Below, in pieces: positions 49,144 to 57,751 of a stretch of 64,000 bases of DNA. The DNA is from an uncultured Clostridia bacterium (lineage in GTDB: Bacteria > Bacillota > Clostridia > Christensenellales > UBA1242). The DNA is taken from assembly GCA_944377825.1 (NCBI GenBank), contig CALWGA010000050.1, positions 329 through 64,328 on the forward strand. Reading direction: 5' to 3'. Every line of letters begins with the position of its first letter. Position 1 is the stretch's first letter. The notes below the pieces were generated by a model that saw only the letters and a list, made by a program, of their open reading frames with translations, had not been told where the DNA came from and searched no databases. The translations under genes and the position numbers were made by a program.

Positions 49144-50559
49144 TCATCTATAATTATCCGGCAAATCGTTTTCAAAAAGAATGACACTGTCTTTCGTTAT
49201 CAACTTTTTTAATATCTCCTTTTGCTCCTTTCGAGACTGAGCATATGCCACATTTTTCATATCAAACTTTGCAGACCTTAAGCCCTCAGCGAGTGCGTTT
49301 TTATTCACTTTATTCATGATGATAACATAGTCGCAAACCTTGGCAATTTCACGCGCTATGTCGCGATTTATCGCATACTGTTCCTCGCCTAATTCCACCA
49401 TGCCCGGCGTCACCAAAATCTTTTTTCCGCCGAACGAATCAAGCACAGCAAGCGCCTGCTTGAAGCCGTCATAGTTACTGTTATACGAATCATCAATGAC
49501 GGTCGCATAGCCTTTTATAAGTTCCAAGCGATGCGGTATCGGTTTTAAGTTTTCAATACCACTTTTAATGTCCAATAGATTGACACCAAGAAGATACGCC
49601 AAACTCGACGCCACAACAATGTTGTCAACATTCGCCCTACCAAGCAAGTTGGCTTTAACAGTCACGCTCTTATCATCTATATGTAATGTAAAAATAGTCA
49701 CGCCTTCCGATAACCCGACATCGCTAGCATACGCAAAAGAATCCTCCTTGCAAATCAAATATTTTTTCTTTTCGCACTTATCATACAGTCTCATGTTTGA
49801 TTCACTTTTGGCATTGATAAGCATGAAATCTTTGACATTTTGGCATAGTTCAAATTTGGTCTTTTCCACATTTTCCAGCGTTTTAAAAGTCTCGATATGG
49901 CACTTCCCTACAGGCGTCAAAATACCATAGTCCGCACCAATCAAATTGCACAAAAAAGCAATATCGCCTTTATGTCTTGCTCCCATTTCGACAATAAAGA
50001 AATCGTCAAGCGGACTTAAATTTTCTAAAATAGTCTTACAAATACCCATCGGCGTGTTGTAACTTTTAGGCGTGGCGCAAGTTCTAAATTTTTTGCTTAA
50101 AATTTGAAGAAGAATGTTTTTCGTGCTGGTCTTACCAAAACTTCCAGTAATTGCTATCTTTCTGCACGGCATACTTTTAAGTTTTTCTTTTGCCTTTTTG
50201 ATATAGTGGTGCATAATCAGTCTTTCAATCGGCAAGACCAAAAAATGAGATATAATTAGAAAAACCGGCAAGATTAAAACACCCACAAAAATCAAAATTA
50301 ATTCAACATAAACATTGTGAATTAAATAAAAAATCAATAAAAATACCACAAAAATTAATAAAAAATCGCAAAAAATCGCTCTTATCATGCGTTTTGTGAA
50401 TTTTATAGAGTTTTTGTCGCCGAAACCTAGATTTAGTTTGAGTATACGTTTTATAAAATTTAGTATGCGATAATTCTCCAGTTGATAGGTCTTAAGTAAT
50501 GGCAACATCAAAAATGTTTCTGCCACCGCCACCAAAAACGCGAACAAAACATTCATCAT
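49144..50559 (-). CDS. murF: Mur ligase (MurF-like) with an N-terminal membrane domain
   Basis: Mur-ligase P-loop ITGSFGKTSTKN and C-terminal LVTPGMVELGEE. The first ~110 aa are hydrophobic helices rather than the usual MurF N-domain. Adjacent to ddl. Confidence 0.7.
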   Translation of the reverse strand: MMNVLFAFLVAVAETFLMLPLLKTYQLENYRILNFIKRILKLNLGFGDKNSIKFTKRMIRAIFCDFLLIFVVFLLIFYLIHNVYVELILIFVGVLILPVFLIISHFLVLPIERLIMHHYIKKAKEKLKSMPCRKIAITGSFGKTSTKNILLQILSKKFRTCATPKSYNTPMGICKTILENLSPLDDFFIVEMGARHKGDIAFLCNLIGADYGILTPVGKCHIETFKTLENVEKTKFELCQNVKDFMLINAKSESNMRLYDKCEKKKYLICKEDSFAYASDVGLSEGVTIFTLHIDDKSVTVKANLLGRANVDNIVVASSLAYLLGVNLLDIKSGIENLKPIPHRLELIKGYATVIDDSYNSNYDGFKQALAVLDSFGGKKILVTPGMVELGEEQYAINRDIAREIAKVCDYVIIMNKVNKNALAEGLRSAKFDMKNVAYAQSRKEQKEILKKLITKDSVILFENDLPDNYR

Positions 50560-51278
50560 CCCTCCTTCAAAAATGCACTCACACTTTTTAAAAATACATA
50601 CCGATTATCATCAAAACAAAAATGCCCAGCGTCGTCAATCAAAATTAATTTGCTATTCTTTATCCTTTTATGTAAGTATTTTGCCATGTATAACGGAGTG
50701 GTTTTATCGTTCTTTCCAAAGACTATCAAAGTCGGCACTTTCACATCTTTTAAAAAATCATTTAAGTGCGTGTTGACGATGTTTTTAAAGGTCTTTTTCA
50801 TGTTGTCACTTAACGCCAAATAGTCACAACTGCCCATGTTTGAAGTATCCAGCCTCAAACGCCTTCGCATACGATATTTCCAAACTTTAAAATGGTAACT
50901 AAGTCCGCGCCTTGGTTTAACTCCAGCGCTATCCACAAGCACAAGTTTGTTGACGCGACTAGGGCAAAACACCGAGACGAGTATTGCCACCCTACCGCCA
51001 AACGAATGCCCAATCAAATTTATCTTACGAATACCAAGTTTTTCGCAAAGCGACACGACCATTGTGGCATATGAAAAAATCGACCAACCTTTGATGTTCT
51101 TGTCACTCAGCCCAAATGGCGGGAAATCAATAAAAAGAGAAGAGGTCTTTATGTGGTCTTTACAAAAATACAGCGACTTGTAGCTTACTCCCCAACCATG
51201 CAGATAGACATTGACAACCTCATCCTTTCGCTTTATATACCTATAAAAAATTGGACTATTTTTATAAATAAACTTCAT
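50556..51278 (-). CDS. Alpha/beta-fold hydrolase
   Basis: 240 aa with nucleophile elbow GHSFGG and C-terminal DDAGHF. Its stop overlaps the murF start (ATGA). Confidence 0.7.
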   Translation of the reverse strand: MKFIYKNSPIFYRYIKRKDEVVNVYLHGWGVSYKSLYFCKDHIKTSSLFIDFPPFGLSDKNIKGWSIFSYATMVVSLCEKLGIRKINLIGHSFGGRVAILVSVFCPSRVNKLVLVDSAGVKPRRGLSYHFKVWKYRMRRRLRLDTSNMGSCDYLALSDNMKKTFKNIVNTHLNDFLKDVKVPTLIVFGKNDKTTPLYMAKYLHKRIKNSKLILIDDAGHFCFDDNRYVFLKSVSAFLKEG

Positions 51279-51456
51279 ACATTCTCATTTTATGAAACTC
51301 TCCTATTTTAGTTACACGTTTATGTTTTTATAAAAATTTACTTTTCTTAAATTAAATTTGAAAATATAGTTTTTTATTAAAAATCTCCACTTTTTTTAAT
51401 TAAAAATGTAATTTTTATCAAAAATTTTTGCTTTTTTTAATAAAAAATTGATTTTT

Positions 51457-52701
51457 TTAGTTATTTTCTATATATTTTTTATCTTCCAGCAATTTCGGAA
51501 GGTCGCCCGCACCTATAAAAATAGACGTGAAATTTGAGTACTCTACTTTTAAAAATTTCACCAATTCGTCAACATCGTCAAAATATTTTCGCCCTAATAT
51601 TCTTGCCAGTTCTTCGCTGGATAACCCAGCATCTTCTTTCTCTCGTGCCGGAAAGGTTTTATAGAATATTACATTTTCTTCTTCTTTAAAAACCTCTATA
51701 AATTCTTTTAATAGTTCCTTTGTGCGAGAGTAGGTGTGCGGTTGAAAAATGAACACAACATTTTTATAAATTTTCTTTGCCGTTTGAAGCGTGTTTTTAA
51801 TCTCGGTTGGATGGTGTGCATAGTCCACAATCACATTTTTAAAAACCTTCGACTTGACCTTTTCAAACCTACGCTTGACACCTTTGAAACTCTCTAAGCC
51901 CTGTTTAATCTCAAAATCGCTTACGCCTAAGAGTTTGCTAGTCCTATACGCCAAAAGCGCATTAACCGCATTCACATCTTCACATATGTTCATTTTAAGC
52001 GACATCACACATTCGTCATTCAAATATATGTCAAAGCACAGTTTTCCGTATCGGTGTTTTATATTTTGAATATGATATTCTCCCTGTCCGTCGATAGCAT
52101 TCTTACATTTTTTTCGAAATTTATCAAACGAAGCAAGTTCATTTTCAAAGGTCTTAAAATAGTTAAGATGCTCTCTTTCAATATTTGTGATAACTCCAAC
52201 ATATGGTTTTAAATAAAGAAAATTATCATGATACTCACACGCTTCAGTTATAAAATATTTTTTATCGCCATAGATAAAACTTGTATTTTCTTCTTTTAAT
52301 ATCCCGCCTAAGTGCAAGGTCGGTTTTTCTTTTTTTAGGATGTTATAAATTAGAGCCGTCGTTGTCGTCTTTCCGTGGGAGCCTGCCACCGCTATAACCT
52401 TTTCGTAATATGAAGAAATTTCGCCGAGAAGTTCGCCACGCGTTATAATTTTTCGCTTAAACATTTTTGCAGTTTGAAGGTCAATATCATTTTCTCCAAT
52501 CGCAGATGAAACCACAACCACGTCCGCCTTTTTCACTTCGCTTGGCATATGTCCATCAAAAACTTTTATGTTGTATTTTTCGAAAAAATCTAAATCGGTT
52601 GGCGAAATATCGCTACCTTCAACCTCGTGTCCATTCAACTTCAAAAGAACAGCAAGCGAACGCATAGATATTCCACATATACCTATAAAATAATATTTCA
52701 T
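51457..52701 (-). CDS. murC: UDP-N-acetylmuramate--L-alanine ligase
   Basis: 414 aa. FIGICGISMRSLA, VAGSHGKTTTTA and DYAHHPTEI. Confidence 0.9.
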   Translation of the reverse strand: MKYYFIGICGISMRSLAVLLKLNGHEVEGSDISPTDLDFFEKYNIKVFDGHMPSEVKKADVVVVSSAIGENDIDLQTAKMFKRKIITRGELLGEISSYYEKVIAVAGSHGKTTTTALIYNILKKEKPTLHLGGILKEENTSFIYGDKKYFITEACEYHDNFLYLKPYVGVITNIEREHLNYFKTFENELASFDKFRKKCKNAIDGQGEYHIQNIKHRYGKLCFDIYLNDECVMSLKMNICEDVNAVNALLAYRTSKLLGVSDFEIKQGLESFKGVKRRFEKVKSKVFKNVIVDYAHHPTEIKNTLQTAKKIYKNVVFIFQPHTYSRTKELLKEFIEVFKEEENVIFYKTFPAREKEDAGLSSEELARILGRKYFDDVDELVKFLKVEYSNFTSIFIGAGDLPKLLEDKKYIENN

Positions 52702-52826
52702 ACCTTTTTATATGAAACTTGTTAAATATTTAATAAAATTATTGAAAATCGTTTGGAATATTTGCAAATTATGGTATAATTATCTTGACCATAAAGGTTA
52801 ATTTAAAAAAGGAAGGTATAAGCAAA

Positions 52827-53096
52827 TTGAAAATCACAGACATTAGAGTAAGACTTGTAAACAACAACGAAAAACTTAAAGCGGTTGCTTCCATCACAAT
52901 CGACGATGAACTTGTTGTTCACGACATCAAAGTCATCAATGGCAAAGACGGATATTTTCTTTCAATGCCAAGCAAAAAAACTGAAGATGGAAAATTCAAG
53001 GACATCGTTCATCCAATCAAAACCGAAGTTAGAGAGAGTTTGAAGGAACAAATCATGGCCGCTTATGAAAAAGCACTTGCAAGTGAACAAGAATAA
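52827..53096 (+). CDS. spoVG: Septation/sporulation regulator SpoVG
   Basis: Start set to TTG 52827 (GGAAGG RBS). (M)KITDIRVRLVNNNEKLKAVASITIDDELVVHDIKVINGKDGYFLSMPSKKTEDGKFKDIVHPI is colinear with SpoVG. Confidence 0.9.
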   Translation: MKITDIRVRLVNNNEKLKAVASITIDDELVVHDIKVINGKDGYFLSMPSKKTEDGKFKDIVHPIKTEVRESLKEQIMAAYEKALASEQE

Positions 53097-53111
53097 GTGT
53101 GATTATCAAAA

Positions 53112-53138
53112 AAGTATGCAAAACTGCATACTTTTTTT
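53112..53138 (+). terminator. spoVG terminator
   Basis: GTATGCA-aaac-TGCATAC followed by T7. Confidence 0.65.
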
Positions 53139-53177
53139 ATTAAATTAAACATCTAAATCCTAAGAATTAAAAAACGC

Positions 53178-53206
53178 TTGACTACTACCCCCCCCAATGT
53201 TATAAT
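53178..53206 (+). promoter_or_regulatory. Consensus promoter with a C8 tract in a 17-bp spacer
   Basis: TTGACT (53178-83) - ACTA CCCCCCCC (53188-95) AATGT - TATAAT (53201-06), with a TGT extended -10. AGGAGG and ATG 53230 lie 23 nt downstream. Confidence 0.7.
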
Positions 53207-53229
53207 AAGGATGATTTAGGAGGGAGATT

Positions 53230-54165
53230 ATGAAAAGTTATTATTACACAAAAAATCCAATTGATATGATATTCACTGACAAAAATGAAGCAGAGGAATT
53301 TTATTCAAGAATTAACGACATAGCTTTAAATCAACTGCTTGAAGAAAATAATTTATATGGTATCACAAAAGAAAATAGAAATGAAACGAACAAATTAATT
53401 GAAGCTCAAAACAATGATTATATTAATAGAGAAGGAAAATTTACTGCCTCAAATTTCGTCTTTTATCCAGATGTTTTTGATGAAAATGTAAATAAAGATG
53501 ATATGATGACAGATATTGCATACAACCCGAGCAGTTTATCAAACATATTCGCCACAGCCTATGATGATATGACATATAATAGTCATGCTGATAACTTACC
53601 TTCTTTCAGTGAAAGAGCAAAAGCACGGGATACATTAGTCCAAGCCGTAGAAAGGGGCGTCAATGTCGAAATATTAAAACTTCATCTTGCCAAAATCTTA
53701 AACGAACAAACCGCCGATATTAAGAAAAATGGCAAAAAGAGCATGTTTGCCATTACTGATATCGTGAGAACTGAAAACTTACTTTCTCATGCCGAAGAGC
53801 TTTCAAAAGATTTTTCTCCATATGATAAGCTTTTTAAAATGGGTGAAGAATTAGCGACACTCAAAGCCAAAGCTACAAAATTAGAAGGCGAAGAATGGGA
53901 AAAAGCACAAGATAAATACACTGATATGAAGATAGCGTTTAATAATGAATGTGCAAAATTTGATCCAGAAATGCTTCAAGATGTAGCAAATCACAGAAAA
54001 CAATACTATGTAGAAGTCGATAAAAACATGGCGATGTCTAAAAATACTGCTTTCAATTTAGACCAAACCATACACACACCAGCTTACCAAAGTACTTATA
54101 TTGTTGGATTTTACGTAAAAAACGCATTAGAAAAGCAAGAAAGAATGAGAAGCGAAAATAACTAA
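53230..54165 (+). CDS. Hypothetical 311-aa protein (orphan cassette 1)
   Basis: Strong RBS, own promoter and own terminator (ATACAGC-aaat-GCTGTAT-T7 at about 54168-54192). No signal peptide, TM helix or recognisable motif. Confidence 0.6.
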   Translation: MKSYYYTKNPIDMIFTDKNEAEEFYSRINDIALNQLLEENNLYGITKENRNETNKLIEAQNNDYINREGKFTASNFVFYPDVFDENVNKDDMMTDIAYNPSSLSNIFATAYDDMTYNSHADNLPSFSERAKARDTLVQAVERGVNVEILKLHLAKILNEQTADIKKNGKKSMFAITDIVRTENLLSHAEELSKDFSPYDKLFKMGEELATLKAKATKLEGEEWEKAQDKYTDMKIAFNNECAKFDPEMLQDVANHRKQYYVEVDKNMAMSKNTAFNLDQTIHTPAYQSTYIVGFYVKNALEKQERMRSENN

Positions 54166-54272
54166 AAAATACAGCAAATGCTGTATTTTTTTCATAATTT
54201 ATCTATTTTTTTGCCATTTTTTATATATTTTGAAATAATTTGTCTTATAGATTTTTTTTGACATTATCTTGT

Positions 54273-55724
54273 TTACATCAACTTTGAAGAATCTGTCGTC
54301 TCCACAACCTTTAAGATGTTTTCTTCTGCGCCGGTTTTAGCGTTGAAGTAGAAGTAATATGTTATTCCTTCTTTTTCACATTGATACTCATAGCACAAAA
54401 CCTCTCTATTATAATCAAGTGGAGCAAGCACCAAACGCTTAGTCACAATCTTAAATCCACTTGGGATGGAAACAGATACATCACTTGCCGAACCTAAAGT
54501 TCTATCAGTGTGGTTCGTGTAGTAGGAAATCGCATCATAGCCGATGACATTACCATACTCTAAATCCACCTTAACTTTCACAAGGTCCGGATAGAGAATG
54601 ATTCCATTTTCCTTTGGCGCGATGTTAAAATATGCTTGGTTGTTGAGTTCTTCACTCCAAACGATTTCAGGATTTTCGATGTCATTTGATTTTGCAAACT
54701 CTTTCGCTATCTTTTCGCCTGTCGCCATGTCTATATTTTTAACATCGCTGACATTTTGTCCACTGACAGTGAGAAGATGTCCGCCTTGTATGGTCACTTG
54801 TGCATATAATTCTTGATTGTCGCTTGTTATTACATCAAAGTTGTATGTTTGGAATTTTCCTTCCGTTCTGCCGTTATATGAATAAGAGGTCAAATCTTTA
54901 AAGACCTTGCCGAGCATTTCGCCAGCCTCTTCTTCTGTCACTTCACTGCCAGTTAAACCTTTAATTTTTTGGTTGACAACAGAGTCTGAGAAAGGTCCGT
55001 CGTAAATCATGGTTGGATAGTCAACATCGTTTGCCTTAATTTGATTGAAATCGACTGTGAAAGAGTTGAGGTCGCCATCCATTTCATTACTTGCCTTTAA
55101 AATGCTGTAACCATTTCGCATATCCATTGAAATTCTGTTTAAGTTATCTTTCATGCTGATGAGCGCCATATGAAGTTCCTGAAGCGTCGCAAGGTCGTCT
55201 TGCGATAAACTCTCGCCATTTGTCAACTTTTCTTCTAGAATTGTGGTATAGCCAGAAAGTTGATTGACAAAACTCACGCTCTCCAAAATATCATCGCCAG
55301 TGAGAGGCAAAAGCGCAATATTGTTTTGCATATTTTTGGAGGCGTCCGCAATCTCAGTCAACATCTTCTTTTGATATGTGGAACTTGAAGCATTTAAAAG
55401 TTTGCTCATCTCCATGTCGGCATTATTTACATTGTCAACAAGTTCGTAGTAATTTTTTTGATAGACGCTTTCAAGTTGCGTGCCATACGCGTCCACCTTA
55501 TCCTGTGTCACGCCGTATGCAACGCCTAAACCTAAAGTGGTTGCACCAAGTATTGCCACCGCAAGCGACAAACCGACAACAGCACTTTTAAATCTTTTAA
55601 TTTTAGATGATTTCTTTTCGCTCTCAATTTCGCATTTTTTGTTGGATTTTTTAGAATTTTCTAACTTTATTTGCGTTTTTTCTAAATTTTCTTGCGTAAT
55701 TTCGCCACTTTTTAACTTTTCCAT
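54273..55724 (-). CDS. ypeB: Germination protein YpeB
   Basis: 483 aa with an N-terminal TM anchor and C-terminal PepSY-like repeats. It lies immediately downstream of sleB, as in the Bacillus sleB-ypeB operon. Confidence 0.75.
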   Translation of the reverse strand: MEKLKSGEITQENLEKTQIKLENSKKSNKKCEIESEKKSSKIKRFKSAVVGLSLAVAILGATTLGLGVAYGVTQDKVDAYGTQLESVYQKNYYELVDNVNNADMEMSKLLNASSSTYQKKMLTEIADASKNMQNNIALLPLTGDDILESVSFVNQLSGYTTILEEKLTNGESLSQDDLATLQELHMALISMKDNLNRISMDMRNGYSILKASNEMDGDLNSFTVDFNQIKANDVDYPTMIYDGPFSDSVVNQKIKGLTGSEVTEEEAGEMLGKVFKDLTSYSYNGRTEGKFQTYNFDVITSDNQELYAQVTIQGGHLLTVSGQNVSDVKNIDMATGEKIAKEFAKSNDIENPEIVWSEELNNQAYFNIAPKENGIILYPDLVKVKVDLEYGNVIGYDAISYYTNHTDRTLGSASDVSVSIPSGFKIVTKRLVLAPLDYNREVLCYEYQCEKEGITYYFYFNAKTGAEENILKVVETTDSSKLM

Positions 55725-55734
55725 TTTTTACCTC

Positions 55735-56409
55735 CTATATTGCAAACACGTGCTTGCCGATTGTGACAACGGTCTGTCTCGACCATATCCACGAACTTGT
55801 GGCAGTGGCAGGGTTGTAATAATAGAGACTGCCATATGTAGGGTCCCAGCCATTCAAGGCGTCACGCGCTGCATTGTAAGCGGTTTGGTCCGGCTCTAAA
55901 TTGATTTGCCCATCGGTCACCGCCGTGAAAGCGTATGGCTGGTAGATGACACCTGCGATGGTGTTAGGGAATTTCTCACTTTCCACCCTGTTTAGTATCA
56001 CCGCAGCCACCGCTACTTGCCCAACATAACTCTCACCACGCGCTTCAGCATAGACGCATTTTGCTAAGAGATATAGGTCGTTATTAGATGTTGACGAACT
56101 ATCGCTTTTGATAGTAAACCCAATTGCTGCCGCTGTCTGCGGACCAACTATCCCGTCCACTTGAAGCCCATTGTTTTGTTGAAATTTTCGAACCGCCGAA
56201 CGCGTCAAACTGCCATAGATGCCGTCAACACTACCTGTGTAGTATCCCCAGTTTTTAAGTCTCTGTTGAACAAGACGCGTCTCGCTTGTTGAGATTGCCG
56301 CCGAAACCACGTTTGGCATTTGATATGTAATCACTGCGGTCGTGATTGCTCCAATACCAACAATCGCAAAGATAATTGCAAAAGTTAGTGCTAAAATTCT
56401 TCTTTTCAT
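55735..56409 (-). CDS. sleB: Spore cortex-lytic enzyme SleB
   Basis: Signal peptide, a PG_binding_1 motif (LKNWGYYTGSVDGIYGSLTRSAVRKFQQNNGLQVDGIVGPQT) and a Hydrolase_2 domain (AEARGESYVGQVAVAAVILNRV...YQPYAFTAV). Confidence 0.9.
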   Translation of the reverse strand: MKRRILALTFAIIFAIVGIGAITTAVITYQMPNVVSAAISTSETRLVQQRLKNWGYYTGSVDGIYGSLTRSAVRKFQQNNGLQVDGIVGPQTAAAIGFTIKSDSSSTSNNDLYLLAKCVYAEARGESYVGQVAVAAVILNRVESEKFPNTIAGVIYQPYAFTAVTDGQINLEPDQTAYNAARDALNGWDPTYGSLYYYNPATATSSWIWSRQTVVTIGKHVFAI

Positions 56410-56449
56410 TTTTTTTTTTTTTTATCATCAAATTATCAAATGAATTTTT

Positions 56450-56974
56450 TCATCCAATGATATTATTTATAATTTCCCAAATTTTTGAAATATACACATA
56501 ATTTTCAGAATTTTTTGTTTCTAAAAAGCAAAATGGCGGATAAACCACGCACCACCAGTTATCTCCATCGCCAGTTCCAAGAGCAAGAATGATGGCATCA
56601 TAAAAACCTTCTTCCAAAACCAAGTCGCCATACTCGCGCGTTGGAAATTCTTCAAATGAGATATAAGCCTTAGATGTGTATGTGAAACCATTTTTCGTTA
56701 AAACCTCATCCGCCACCGCCTCAATATCAGGTAGATGCTCACTTAAAATTTTCTCCGCTTCTTCCTTTGTCTCTGCGTCAGATAAAAGTGGAATTAAATA
56801 TTCCACCACCTCGTCCTTGACCTCATACTTAACATTTTGGTCCTCCGCCGAATTGGAGTTGGCACGAATATGAATTCTAAAATATTCCTCATTCGAACTA
56901 GAACTTACATTCCCACAAAAGACAATGATAAGCGTGATTGCAACCACACAAACAAAGGAAACTAGATATTTCAT
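56450..56974 (-). CDS. spoIIR: Stage II sporulation protein R
   Basis: Start set to ATG 56974 (AGAAGAGG RBS). Signal/TM segment, then FRIHIRANSNSAEDQNVKYEVKDEVVEYL, which is the SpoIIR signature. Confidence 0.85.
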   Translation of the reverse strand: MKYLVSFVCVVAITLIIVFCGNVSSSSNEEYFRIHIRANSNSAEDQNVKYEVKDEVVEYLIPLLSDAETKEEAEKILSEHLPDIEAVADEVLTKNGFTYTSKAYISFEEFPTREYGDLVLEEGFYDAIILALGTGDGDNWWCVVYPPFCFLETKNSENYVYISKIWEIINNIIG

Positions 56975-57110
56975 ACGCACCTCTTCTTTTAAATTTTGAC
57001 CAAAAAAAACATATAATTAAAGAAAAAAGTGCGAAAAATGCCTTAAAATCAAGAAAAAATTGAAAATATGCGTGATTTTGCTTAAATTTTTAAAAAAATA
57101 TATTTTCCTA

Positions 57111-57139
57111 TTGACATAAAACGTCTCATATGTTAAAAC
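57111..57139 (+). promoter_or_regulatory. Promoter placing the predicted transcription start site (TSS) at the ATG of ORF 57146 (candidate leaderless mRNA)
   Basis: TTGACA (57111-16) - 17 bp - TAAAAC (57134-39), preceded by TGT. Only 6 nt (ATAAAT) separate the -10 from ATG 57146, and there is no SD. Confidence 0.45.
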
Positions 57140-57145
57140 ATAAAT

Positions 57146-57688
57146 ATGACCAAAGAAAGTATAAAATTGAAAAACGGCAAGGTTGTCTCTATAAGTCTTT
57201 TGCCTACAAAAGATAAATATTTTGTCACAGCCCTAGACACGCAAAACAACATTGTCGGCAAATGTATTTTTGAAATAATAGAACGCGAAGTCAAGTTTTT
57301 AGAAAACACAAAGTTGAAAAAGTTTGAAGGAAAATTCTTAATAAAGGATACAAATCTTTTAAATAACACTGCTACTAGCCAAATCGTAGATGAAGCATAT
57401 ATTTATAAAAACAACCTTTCAAAAAATTCAAAAGTTAAAATTTGCCAACTTGATTTAATAGAAATCACCGATGAAAACTATTTCAAAGTCGGCTTGGGCA
57501 GTTTGATGTTTAAGAGAATGGAAGAGTTTGTCAAATCTCAAAATTGCCAAGAGATTGTCGGCTGGTTCTATCCAAATGGGAGTTTTTGGCACGGAGCAAG
57601 TGATTTCTACACCAAAAACGGCTTTACTTTTGAAAAGGAAGAAAATAAAATCGTATTAAGAAAAAGCAATCTATCAAAAGAAAAATAA
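57146..57688 (+). CDS. Hypothetical protein, C-terminal half weakly GNAT-acetyltransferase-like
   Basis: 180 aa. ...VGLGSLMFKRMEEFVKSQNCQEIVGW...FYTKNGFTFEKE resembles GNAT motifs A and B. Confidence 0.4.
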   Translation: MTKESIKLKNGKVVSISLLPTKDKYFVTALDTQNNIVGKCIFEIIEREVKFLENTKLKKFEGKFLIKDTNLLNNTATSQIVDEAYIYKNNLSKNSKVKICQLDLIEITDENYFKVGLGSLMFKRMEEFVKSQNCQEIVGWFYPNGSFWHGASDFYTKNGFTFEKEENKIVLRKSNLSKEK

Positions 57689-57751
57689 AACCTGCTAGTT
57701 ATAGCAGATTTTTTTATAAAAATTAAATAATATTAAAGAAAATAAAGTTAT

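Noticed and set aside
53188-53195. The C/G homopolymers as mere sequencing or assembly artefacts.
   Set aside because: Three of the four tracts fall exactly between perfect -35 and -10 hexamers, giving 17- or 18-bp spacers with extended -10 TG motifs and downstream RBS and ATG. That is not expected from random artefacts. However, the exact tract lengths (8 versus 9) could be miscalled and should be verified in reads.
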